DNA of 53,047 nucleotides from a virus (lineage: Duplodnaviria; Caudoviricetes), in IMG/VR virus record IMGVR_UViG_3300042922_000549, positions 1-53,047 of that record. One strand, written 5' to 3'. The notes under the pieces are model-generated. The model worked only from the letters and a program-made list of their open reading frames with translations, had not been told where the DNA came from and ran no database searches. The position numbers were made by a program, and so were the translations under genes. Shown one piece after another: positions 44,424-52,959 of this stretch; positions within the stretch are counted from its first letter, which is position 1, and every line of letters starts with the position of its first letter.

Positions 44424-46313
44424 TTATTTTCCATCAATTAATGCTTTCAGATAAACTGTTGTCTTATCTACTCCAGTAACTATAAATCTTGTACCTTTTT
44501 GGACTAACATTTCTTTCTCACTTTGAAAATTACTTATAGGGCTTATATATGCAGCTTTAGTTCCAGTTGGAAGTTCTATCCTAAAATCAATTTCACTATG
44601 GAATCCTTTGCCTGTAATTGGTGTTGTGCTTAAAAATCCTTTATCTTCAGATATTCTTCCAATTAAACTATTTGCATTCTCATTCATCCATTTACTTGAA
44701 CCCATTTGCTTAGCTATGTCCCTTTCATTAAACATACCAGCTAATGAAGTAATACTTGCTCCTCTTCTTACATATACAGTTTCTTTAAGAACGGACTTAT
44801 CTAAAGCCTTTATACAATCATTTATGTAATTAGTATTATATTCAATTTCATCTTTGTCATATTTATTAAGGTCTTTACCTCTAAGTATATCGTTCATAGA
44901 ATGATATGAACTACCTGTATATCTTGAAACTGCCCTTTTTTCTTTCATGCTTAAATTTCTAACCCAATCATCATGCATTGAAAGTAACTCATTTTCAAAA
45001 GCTGAACTTTTTTGCTTAGAAAGTCCTGTATCAATTTGATTTACTATTGCTTTGAAATCATCATCAGTCATTTTAGCTATATCTTTAGGAATTGGTTTTG
45101 ATTTTACAGGTTTAGTAGGAATTACAACTTTTTGTTTTTGTTTAGCCTTTCCTATATTGGCTTTTAAATATTCTGCATATTCCAACTTATTAATATCATA
45201 TTGTATGCCTAACTTTTTACTTGATGGAGTATTATCCTCAATTGCTTTCTTTGTTTTTTGAATAGTGTTATTTAAAGCTATTTCATTGTCCTCATATCCA
45301 TCAAATTTATCTTTTAAGTATGTAGCTGTTTCTTTGTCAAACTTATCTAACGGATTTTTAGGCTGCGTAAATTTATCTGTATTGTATAAAGCATTTGCAT
45401 AGTTATCAAGCTCGGGGTCCTCTTTTCCTTCTGCCCAATCCGCTATTCTATCTGCTATATTCTCAAGGCTATCAACTATCTTACTAGCTAGAGTACATAA
45501 TCCATTCGGATGGTCCAATGGCACTTGGTCTTTTGGAAATATACCTTTACCTAATCCATACTTATCTTCTGTAGCTCTTTGTATACATAATTCACAAGTC
45601 CTATTATGAGCATGTGCACTCAACCACTCTATTCCTTCTACAAAAGGATTGGGTTTACTTGTTTCTATTACACTTTGCTGATAAGCATGATTTACTAAAG
45701 TCCTTGCTAGTCTTTGTGCTACATAATCTACTTTCTTTCTTGAGTTTGGATATACTTTATTCCAATCCCATGGTTTTTTAGCTTCTGGATTCACATATGT
45801 TTCTAAGTCTTTTGCCATCTCATAAGTAGTTTTATTCTGGGCTATTCCTTCTGCTACTATTTGATTTATTTCATTTAATTTCTTTTGGTCATCTCCCCAT
45901 AAAGCTTTAGTTAATGTCCAATCCTCTTGATATATCTTGCCGGCAGATACATTCTTAACAATATCTTTAGGAACATGGTTATAAGCTTCCTCTATACTAA
46001 ATCCTACCTTTTTAAGAAAGCCTTTATTATCATTAACTACTTCAGTGCAAACAGTTTCCATATTATCTTCAATTGCCTTCTTTACTAAAGCTCTTGAATT
46101 GTTATATTCCTTAGCAATCTTGCCTTTTAGTTTATTAAGCTCTTCTGTCATTAAAATACTGCTTATATTTTCTTTGTATTTTAGTTTCTCTAGCTCAACT
46201 TCTATATTATCATAAACATGCTTGTAAATCTTGTTAATGTCCTTTTGCTGTTTAACTAATATCTCCTGTTTTGCCTTACTACTATTCAGTAAGTTAAGCT
46301 TATTATCTGCCAT
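44424..46313 (-). CDS. MuF/gp7-like minor head protein fused to a C-terminal ADP-ribosyltransferase (VIP2/C3-like)
   Basis: RLARTL...CELC...HPNGLC (MuF); YT..SY..MN..LR, VRRG, FLSTT, SEKE (R-S-ExE). Confidence 0.9.
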   Translation of the reverse strand: MADNKLNLLNSSKAKQEILVKQQKDINKIYKHVYDNIEVELEKLKYKENISSILMTEELNKLKGKIAKEYNNSRALVKKAIEDNMETVCTEVVNDNKGFLKKVGFSIEEAYNHVPKDIVKNVSAGKIYQEDWTLTKALWGDDQKKLNEINQIVAEGIAQNKTTYEMAKDLETYVNPEAKKPWDWNKVYPNSRKKVDYVAQRLARTLVNHAYQQSVIETSKPNPFVEGIEWLSAHAHNRTCELCIQRATEDKYGLGKGIFPKDQVPLDHPNGLCTLASKIVDSLENIADRIADWAEGKEDPELDNYANALYNTDKFTQPKNPLDKFDKETATYLKDKFDGYEDNEIALNNTIQKTKKAIEDNTPSSKKLGIQYDINKLEYAEYLKANIGKAKQKQKVVIPTKPVKSKPIPKDIAKMTDDDFKAIVNQIDTGLSKQKSSAFENELLSMHDDWVRNLSMKEKRAVSRYTGSSYHSMNDILRGKDLNKYDKDEIEYNTNYINDCIKALDKSVLKETVYVRRGASITSLAGMFNERDIAKQMGSSKWMNENANSLIGRISEDKGFLSTTPITGKGFHSEIDFRIELPTGTKAAYISPISNFQSEKEMLVQKGTRFIVTGVDKTTVYLKALIDGK

Positions 46314-46430
46314 TTGAGTTCACCTCCTAAAGTAATTGGAATGGCTTTAGTATATTATATAATTATTATATGGATAAACACTTTACATGGATATTTCCGT
46401 TAATCTAAAGCCATTCTAGTAACCCTAAGA

Positions 46431-47921
46431 TTATTCTAACTCTTCCTCTTTATTACCCTCATTTACAGGTGGCATAAAACTATCTTCTAAAGTCTGTCTC
46501 TCTAAAGCTATTTGCTTTAACTCGTCATTTGCTTCTTTATCAGTTAACTGTCTCCACTTCTTCATATAGAATTTCCTACTCATTGTTTGAGCATTTACTT
46601 CAGCCAAGTCAGTTTGTTTTTCAGCCTCTTCATCTTCCGGTATAGGGTAATTATTTTCAACAGTCATAATATACTCAGTATCAGGAATCTTTTTCTCAGT
46701 TGTATATCTACTTATACATTCAGGATATAATTTTGCTCCCTCTATGATTGTACTAGCTATAAACTCTAAAGCAGGTTTCCAAACAGTTAACTTCTCTTCA
46801 CATCTGATTATAAGCTCCCAATATATACCTGTAAAACTTTTACCACTAGCAATTATTCCTTGCAGCTTTTCAGAACTTACATCTGGTACACTTAACTCTT
46901 CATGCATTTGTGATTTAAGTCTTTCCATAGTAGTTTTTAATGATTGAGAATATGCTAAATCAGATTCTAATATTCCTACTTTACTTTCTATTTCATCTTT
47001 ATTGTCATCTGTCTGTAAGTCCCAGTAAGCCCCCGGACCTGTTGTAATATTTTCTGTACTCTTACTATCCATATCAACAGTATACTTAATAGGATTCATT
47101 CCTTTTCTCATACTATCAATATCTGCACTTCCTAATCTACTAAACCAACTCTCAGTATCTGTAATATGAGACACATCACTCTCTCCATTAGTATCTCCAG
47201 TCAATCCCTCATTGATTATTACAACTGCCGGAATATATTCAAATTTAGTAGTTAAGTCCTTTATTATTTCTTCTTTCATCTTACCAAGTCCATCATATGT
47301 AGCTTCATGTACATGGCAAAAACCATTTTGCATCCAATATTTTTTCTTGTATATCTCTTGAGCAGTCTTTTCCATACTATCTTTCTTAGTGTAGAATATA
47401 ACTAATTTAATAAGTTTGTCTGCATCTGTTTCATCTGTCTCATATACAAATTCTAAACTTGGACTAAATGATAAACTTATACCTGAATCTTCATTAAAGT
47501 TAAGCACTATAGCTACCCTTTTACCAATAAAGCAATCCTTAGCTCCCTTTAATATTTTGCTATTAAATAGATTCTTCTTTAGTACTTTATTTAAAAAAGT
47601 CTGTATTATACTTATCTCTTTCTTTACTGTTTCATTATCATCTTCATTAACAGTCTCTACATTAAAGTCTAATGGTTTAGCAAACATGAATGCTGCCTCT
47701 TTATTTATTAACTTCCTTATCTGTTTAAACTTTAATTTAGCTGCTACATAATCTCCATTACTACCTTCAGGAGTAAAATCAGCTCCTTTTTCATAAGCTT
47801 GATAGCAACCCACTATATCCCTTAATTCTTGTAATACTTCAGTTCCATATAAACCCTCTATCTCAGCAGTTAACATACTTGCTGGTATTGGGCCAAATCC
47901 ACCTGTTCTTATTATAGCCAT
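46431..47921 (-). CDS. portal protein
   Basis: 496 aa after the terminase; SPP1/A118-like IPAVVI.N, GESD features. Confidence 0.85.
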   Translation of the reverse strand: MAIIRTGGFGPIPASMLTAEIEGLYGTEVLQELRDIVGCYQAYEKGADFTPEGSNGDYVAAKLKFKQIRKLINKEAAFMFAKPLDFNVETVNEDDNETVKKEISIIQTFLNKVLKKNLFNSKILKGAKDCFIGKRVAIVLNFNEDSGISLSFSPSLEFVYETDETDADKLIKLVIFYTKKDSMEKTAQEIYKKKYWMQNGFCHVHEATYDGLGKMKEEIIKDLTTKFEYIPAVVIINEGLTGDTNGESDVSHITDTESWFSRLGSADIDSMRKGMNPIKYTVDMDSKSTENITTGPGAYWDLQTDDNKDEIESKVGILESDLAYSQSLKTTMERLKSQMHEELSVPDVSSEKLQGIIASGKSFTGIYWELIIRCEEKLTVWKPALEFIASTIIEGAKLYPECISRYTTEKKIPDTEYIMTVENNYPIPEDEEAEKQTDLAEVNAQTMSRKFYMKKWRQLTDKEANDELKQIALERQTLEDSFMPPVNEGNKEEELE

Positions 47922-47922
47922 T

Positions 47923-49260
47923 TTATGCAGCTCCTCTCTTACTATTAAATTTACGTTCCTTAATATCTGCTACTGTGCACTTATCTAATCCATACCATAT
48001 AGCTGAGAATGTATGAGGGTCAATATTAAATTCATCATATATTAGATTCCCTTTACTATCTTTAGCATATGTCAAATTCTTTAATTCTCTTATTGTATTT
48101 GTACATGCAGGACTTACTATAATCTTTTTAAACCTTTTAACTTTCTTAGTATTAGCTAATCTACTACCAGCAAACTTCTTACATGCACGCATTTTCCATC
48201 CTCTATCTCTGTAATACTTAATTGTTTTAGGCTCTGCACAATCGGCTGTGATTAATTCCTCTCTGATAAAAGGCACTTTATCTTCTAACTCATCAGCTGT
48301 TTTATCATCCGTCATTTTGTTCTTATAATATTCCTTATATATGTATAGTATTTTCTTCTCATCATCTACAGCCATCCATACTAAAGCATTATAAGAAATT
48401 TCAAATCCAAAGTCCATACCTCTAAAATGTAGATTCCTTGGTATAGCTTTAACAGCATTCTTAAATTGTTTAGCATCTCTAGCAATTTCCAATTGAGGTA
48501 ATACTAGTATACCATTTACTCCAAATCTTCCTTGTCTAGCTACCCTATATAAATCAGGGTCATACTCTTTTATCTCATCCAGTCTTCTCATATAGCTTTT
48601 AGGAAGAAATACATTATCATCTGGCAAACTATGGTGGTAGTATATTCCGTTCTTTACTATAGTATGTTTCTGATAAAGTCGTTCATCATCTAATATTATA
48701 TGCTCTCTACCTTGTTCATCAATCCATTTAAAGAAATGAGTATATACCCAGTTTTCTATTCCTACTGGATTTGTTGTTAATATAAAATGTATACTTACAT
48801 CTGGTGTTCTTAATCTACCTAATAGTTCTTTGTAACCATCATATTTAATTTCACTACATTCCTCTAGCCATACTATACTTACACCGTTAATTGATTTTAA
48901 CTTCCTTGGCTTATCCATCCCTTTGAATATAATACGACTTCCATTAGGAAACTTTAATTGCATTGGACTTACACTTGCTACTACTTTACCTCTTTTAGCT
49001 TTTTTAGTATTCTCATCTGCCAGTAAATTCATATCATCTAATATCTCACATAGTAAATCAAAGCAACTTTCCTTTAATGTATCAAATACTTCTCTTACTA
49101 CTAAAGCTTTTCTTTTCTCCTCTAGCAGCTTACATATTAATTTAAAGCCTGTATTATAACTCTTACTACTACCATATCCACCTACTAGAAGATACTGCTC
49201 ATAGTCCCAATCGAATATGTAGTCTTCAAAGCGTGGATTTATTTCCTTCTCAATTAGCAC
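47923..49260 (-). CDS. terminase large subunit (PBSX-type)
   Basis: GGYGSSKS, WLEECSE, TTNP, GMDFG, ADCAEP. Confidence 0.95.
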   Translation of the reverse strand: MLIEKEINPRFEDYIFDWDYEQYLLVGGYGSSKSYNTGFKLICKLLEEKRKALVVREVFDTLKESCFDLLCEILDDMNLLADENTKKAKRGKVVASVSPMQLKFPNGSRIIFKGMDKPRKLKSINGVSIVWLEECSEIKYDGYKELLGRLRTPDVSIHFILTTNPVGIENWVYTHFFKWIDEQGREHIILDDERLYQKHTIVKNGIYYHHSLPDDNVFLPKSYMRRLDEIKEYDPDLYRVARQGRFGVNGILVLPQLEIARDAKQFKNAVKAIPRNLHFRGMDFGFEISYNALVWMAVDDEKKILYIYKEYYKNKMTDDKTADELEDKVPFIREELITADCAEPKTIKYYRDRGWKMRACKKFAGSRLANTKKVKRFKKIIVSPACTNTIRELKNLTYAKDSKGNLIYDEFNIDPHTFSAIWYGLDKCTVADIKERKFNSKRGAA

Positions 49261-49298
49261 TTAGGCTTACCTCCTATTCTTTATTATATGGTTGAAGT

Positions 49299-49571
49299 TT
49301 ACTTATTTAATATAGTTAATCCCATACTTTTATAATATTTTATTAAATCTACAACATTAATACTATTCTCTTTTGGCTTTGGTTCTACATAAATATTTCC
49401 TGTATATCCGGTTTGCTTAATCATACTAATAACAAAATTTAATAATATTTTGGAATATCCTTTTTGCCTATACTTAGGAAATACATATAAATTGTAAATA
49501 AGTGCAATTGGTTTTAACTGATAGAAGCAGTAACCTTGTTTAATTTGAACAAAATCCTCATTTGCTTCCAT
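49299..49571 (-). CDS. GNAT-like acetyltransferase
   Basis: LYVFPKYRQKGYSKILL (motif A), YYKSMGL. Confidence 0.7.
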   Translation of the reverse strand: MEANEDFVQIKQGYCFYQLKPIALIYNLYVFPKYRQKGYSKILLNFVISMIKQTGYTGNIYVEPKPKENSINVVDLIKYYKSMGLTILNK

Positions 49572-49734
49572 TACTTATCTCTTACTAAATATGTTACAAA
49601 TAATAATATAAAGTATATTATAGTTGTTATTATAAATCTTGTTTGTTCTATTTCACCAATTGAAAACTTACTGAATATTATTATGTAAGAAAGCGATAAA
49701 AATGTCATTGTAATTCCCATTAATACTATAAGCA

Positions 49735-50124
49735 TTATTCATCATCTTCCTTCCTTTTAGCCCTTTTGATAACAACCTGAATATTGCTATCCTCTTCCGA
49801 AATTGTTTGTAACTCTGGTAACTCACCTATTATACTTCTTACTTCCTTAATAGCTTGTACATCTCCTGCTAAAGCTCTTTTAAATAATGCAGCTGCTAAA
49901 AGCATTTTGTTATCCAACATTTCAACAGGAAGTCCTTGCTTTTCTAATTTCTTTTTTGTTTTGTCAGAGTTCTCTAAGGGAACTTCTAATAAAACTTCCA
50001 TATATTCTCTTAATTCTTTTTTCTTTCTCCTTGCCTCACCACTTGCTATTCCACCTTTTCTACCAATCTCTCTTACCTCTTCAATTGGCCTTGTGTTCAA
50101 AGGTATTAAGTCCTTTTTAGCCAC
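49735..50124 (-). CDS. terminase small subunit (putative)
   Basis: EIGRKGGIASGEARR and ALAGDVQAIK motifs; upstream of TerL. Confidence 0.7.
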   Translation of the reverse strand: MAKKDLIPLNTRPIEEVREIGRKGGIASGEARRKKKELREYMEVLLEVPLENSDKTKKKLEKQGLPVEMLDNKMLLAAALFKRALAGDVQAIKEVRSIIGELPELQTISEEDSNIQVVIKRAKRKEDDE

Positions 50125-50236
50125 TTCAATCCTCTCCCTTTTATATTTATTTAACTTTACTATTTATGTTAATCAGAACCTCAATCTGGGCCTCTGAACT
50201 ATATTTTAATTTATGTGCTTAAACCCTATATAACAA

Positions 50237-50258
50237 CAAAAGTAGGCTTTCGCCTACT
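50237..50258 (-). terminator. intrinsic terminator
   Basis: AGTAGGC-GAAA-GCCTACT-TTTG. Confidence 0.75.
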
Positions 50259-50273
50259 AATGTATTCTTACAA

Positions 50274-50480
50274 TTATTTATTATTTTTATTATATAATTC
50301 CATTTTTAGCTTAAGTATCTTTGAATCTATCTCATCTCCATCTTCATACAGTTCTGAATATCTTGACCTTTGCTGTGGAGTTCCTCCAGTGAACATTGTC
50401 ACTCCCAATTTGCTAAGTCTTTCAATTTCTTTTCCTATGTAGCAAGATTGTCTTTCTAATTCTTTAATTTGCTTTTCCAT
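50274..50480 (-). CDS. hypothetical protein
   Basis: 68 aa, GGAGG RBS. Confidence 0.65.
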   Translation of the reverse strand: MEKQIKELERQSCYIGKEIERLSKLGVTMFTGGTPQQRSRYSELYEDGDEIDSKILKLKMELYNKNNK

Positions 50481-50497
50481 ATTGTCCCTCCAGACGA

Positions 50498-50710
50498 TTA
50501 TTTATTTAAACTATAAAAATTGCGATAATAAGAATAAGAACTTTTAACTATTTCATTTCCACACATTTTTATGTAAGTATTAAATTGTACTGACCCAAGT
50601 ATATTGATATCTTTATCTACTACATAAACTTTAGAATAAATTGTGTCATACATTATTTGATTACCATCATTTAATAATTCCAAAACTTTTGCTTTATTTA
50701 ATACTTTCAT
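50498..50710 (-). CDS. hypothetical protein
   Basis: 70 aa downstream of a promoter. Confidence 0.65.
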   Translation of the reverse strand: MKVLNKAKVLELLNDGNQIMYDTIYSKVYVVDKDINILGSVQFNTYIKMCGNEIVKSSYSYYRNFYSLNK

Positions 50711-50758
50711 TCTTTACTCTCCTGAGCGATTTATTTGGTTAATGTTTAACCATAATTA

Positions 50759-50787
50759 ATTATACATCATAAAAAGTAATATGTACA
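50759..50787 (-). promoter_or_regulatory. sigmaA-type promoter
   Basis: TGTACA-N17-TATAAT. Confidence 0.7.
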
Positions 50788-51003
50788 CATTTATTTTTAA
50801 AAATCTTTAAAATTATTTATAAACTGTTTTACTTCAAATCTTGCTCTACTTTTAATCTGCTTGCATTCAACTTTATATCCTAATTTGCTTCTTGTTTGGT
50901 TATATCTTCCATACTCTCCTTTTTTAACAAAGGGATTATCATATTCATTTCTTCTTAACCCGTATGGTCTCATTTTTATTATTACCTCCGTAAGTTTTTA
51001 TTT

Positions 51004-51078
51004 TGGCATAAGCTACAGGAATCGAACTCTGTATCACTGAATTGGCGCCCAGTGGTTTTACCCTTAAACTAAGCTTAT
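51004..51078 (-). tRNA. atypical tRNA/pseudo-tRNA (Gly-GCC- or Trp-CCA-like loop; identity uncertain)
   Basis: Acceptor ATAAGCT/AGCTTAT, D arm GTTT/AAAC, TTCGATT loop, encoded CCA; 8-nt anticodon loop and bulged T stem. Confidence 0.65.
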
Positions 51079-51276
51079 ATAAGTTTTAAGCAAGAACAGC
51101 CTTTCGCCAAAACTTACTTGTTGAGTTCCATATAATATGGTCTATCCGCGATACCGAACATACATATTAAATCAATACTTCAACTCTTCATGCAGTGTAG
51201 TAATCGTCTCTTCCTGCACAGTTTTTATTTGGATAAATTTACCAGCTTTATCCTTAGGATATACATATGACCCTAA

Positions 51277-51342
51277 TGGAAAGTACAGGATTTGAACCTG
51301 TTATTGATAGCATTGCTCTCTTACCTCCAAAGGACACTTTCC
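51277..51342 (-). tRNA. tRNA-like element with degenerate anticodon arm
   Basis: Perfect acceptor GGAAAGT/ACTTTCC and T arm ACAGG-TTCAAAT-CCTGT; no canonical 7-nt anticodon loop, no CCA. Confidence 0.55.
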
Positions 51343-51343
51343 G

Positions 51344-51493
51344 AAAATGCAGTATAATTTTATATAAACGAAGTTGGTCATTGGGGGACCATTTATCTAT
51401 AATTAAATACTGCATTTTACAAAGTACAAAAACTAAATTTTACTCAATATAGGGGGAACTAATATCTTTCAAAGCCTTTTTGTACTTTGTAAA
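51344..51493 (-). ncRNA. two tandem long hairpins with C-rich cores (putative sRNA)
   Basis: 12-bp and 17-bp perfect inverted repeats, each enclosing TCCCCC. Confidence 0.45.
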
Positions 51494-51513
51494 GGGGAGG
51501 GCCAATAGGCCCG

Positions 51514-52116
51514 TTATTTTAACTTTTTAACTAATACTCTGAAATGTATGCATTGTATATTCCAACCACCAGCAGTTATTGTATCAACTTTGCATCTTCC
51601 ATTTTCACCAACTATTATTCCATTTAATTCTGAATTTTCAGCTACTTTCAAATAACTTGCATCTATTATTTTGCCAATTGCTTTTTCAACTCTACTAATA
51701 ATATTGGCTTTCTTTACTTTTACTTCTTTATCAAGTATTTCATCTAAGTCTGAAATTCTTTCAAGAATGTATATTGTTGACTTTCCAACTCTTTCTTCAA
51801 ATAATTTTCTAAACTCATAATTTATTTCACTTTCTAATCTTTCTTTGATATGATTGTAAGTACTGTTTCTGTTATAAGCTTTATTACACCATTCTTCATG
51901 TGCTTTAATTTCTTCAAACAGTTGGATAATTTTTTCATCTGAGTATTTTCTTTCATACCCTTGATGATACTTTGTAACCTTTTTAAGATTTTCTGTATTT
52001 ACTTCATATGTTTTAGTTCTTACTTCTTTGTATTCTTCAAATTTTGCTAAGTAATACTTCTTTGCCTCTTGTTTCCAGTTTTCTAAAAATGTATCAATTA
52101 CTTTTAAATTTTCCAT
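51514..52116 (-). CDS. hypothetical phage protein
   Basis: 200 aa; C-terminal ITAGGWNIQCIHFRVL motif; own promoter. Confidence 0.8.
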   Translation of the reverse strand: MENLKVIDTFLENWKQEAKKYYLAKFEEYKEVRTKTYEVNTENLKKVTKYHQGYERKYSDEKIIQLFEEIKAHEEWCNKAYNRNSTYNHIKERLESEINYEFRKLFEERVGKSTIYILERISDLDEILDKEVKVKKANIISRVEKAIGKIIDASYLKVAENSELNGIIVGENGRCKVDTITAGGWNIQCIHFRVLVKKLK

Positions 52117-52153
52117 CTTATTCCTCCGAATGATTTATTTTTAACCTTAAGTA

Positions 52154-52182
52154 ATTATACATCAAATAAATTCGTTTGTAAA
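52154..52182 (-). promoter_or_regulatory. sigmaA-type promoter
   Basis: TTTACA-N17-TATAAT. Confidence 0.75.
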
Positions 52183-52200
52183 CAACTTTTTTATAAATTT

Positions 52201-52443
52201 TTAATAAATTTTTATAATTTGGTCTTTATACTTTAAAAGCTCTTTTATTAATTGGTCCTTGGTTAACTGAAGTCCATCTTCCATAACAAAAACTCTGTCC
52301 TTATTATCTATACTACCTATACATTTAAAGTTTCGTATATCCTCATATGGTACCTCTGGACTTGATATAAGTATCTCTTTAGCTACATCAAATTGCTCTA
52401 CTACTTCTTTAATATTGTTATCCATTTTAAATCCTCCTTTCAA
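52201..52443 (-). CDS. hypothetical protein (likely start ~52425)
   Basis: AGGAGG RBS before MDNN. Confidence 0.65.
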   Translation of the reverse strand: MKGGFKMDNNIKEVVEQFDVAKEILISSPEVPYEDIRNFKCIGSIDNKDRVFVMEDGLQLTKDQLIKELLKYKDQIIKIY

Positions 52444-52449
52444 AAATTT

Positions 52450-52472
52450 AAAAGAGCCACTATTGGGCTCTT
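52450..52472 (-). terminator. intrinsic terminator
   Basis: AAGAGCC/GGCTCTT stem followed by T residues. Confidence 0.6.
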
Positions 52473-52479
52473 ATTTGTT

Positions 52480-52959
52480 TTATTTAAGTTCTTCTCTTAA
52501 TCTCATTAATGTTTTACCTAATTGATTTTTTCCTCTTTTAGTATAGTAGTCAACTCCCCAGTATAAGTCTCCCCAGAAATTTCCTTCCTGTATTAACTTA
52601 TTGCCAGTAGATTTAAGTACTTTCAAACATTCAGGATTGTTAAGCATTTTATTTTTAACTATATCATACATTACTTGGTCTTTTACTTCATCCCAATCAG
52701 GTCTTAAAAACATAAAGTTTGGATTTTTACCACAATATTTAGCTTCACTAGCATCCATAGTTGTAAATAATTTTCTCATATTCATATCTTTTGTTTTAGC
52801 TGCCTGAAAAGCTGCTTCACTATTTGTATAAATTAAGCCTTCATATTCAACAATAATGTTAGGGTAAAAATTATCAATTGGAAAGTATGGACTACCTTCA
52901 AATATATAATATATTACATTTTTACCTTCTACATAAATATTTAAATTCTTTTTATTCAT
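52480..52959 (-). CDS. NADAR-family hydrolase (YbiA-like)
   Basis: NFY, SEAAFQAAK, RPDW, LKSTG...EGN.WGD.YWG...GKNQLGKTLM. Confidence 0.92.
   Translation of the reverse strand: MNKKNLNIYVEGKNVIYYIFEGSPYFPIDNFYPNIIVEYEGLIYTNSEAAFQAAKTKDMNMRKLFTTMDASEAKYCGKNPNFMFLRPDWDEVKDQVMYDIVKNKMLNNPECLKVLKSTGNKLIQEGNFWGDLYWGVDYYTKRGKNQLGKTLMRLREELK

Noticed and set aside
51230-51276. Theta/HDV-like ribozyme downstream of the tRNA-like element
   Set aside because: Only simple hairpins seen; could not build the nested double pseudoknot
207-52807. Plus-strand ORFs in the ORF track (e.g. 36087..36785, 49784..50197, 22430..22747)
   Set aside because: Nearly all are antisense shadows of well-supported minus-strand genes, Ser/Phe-rich and without convincing RBS; the few over intergenic DNA overlap promoters or structured RNA
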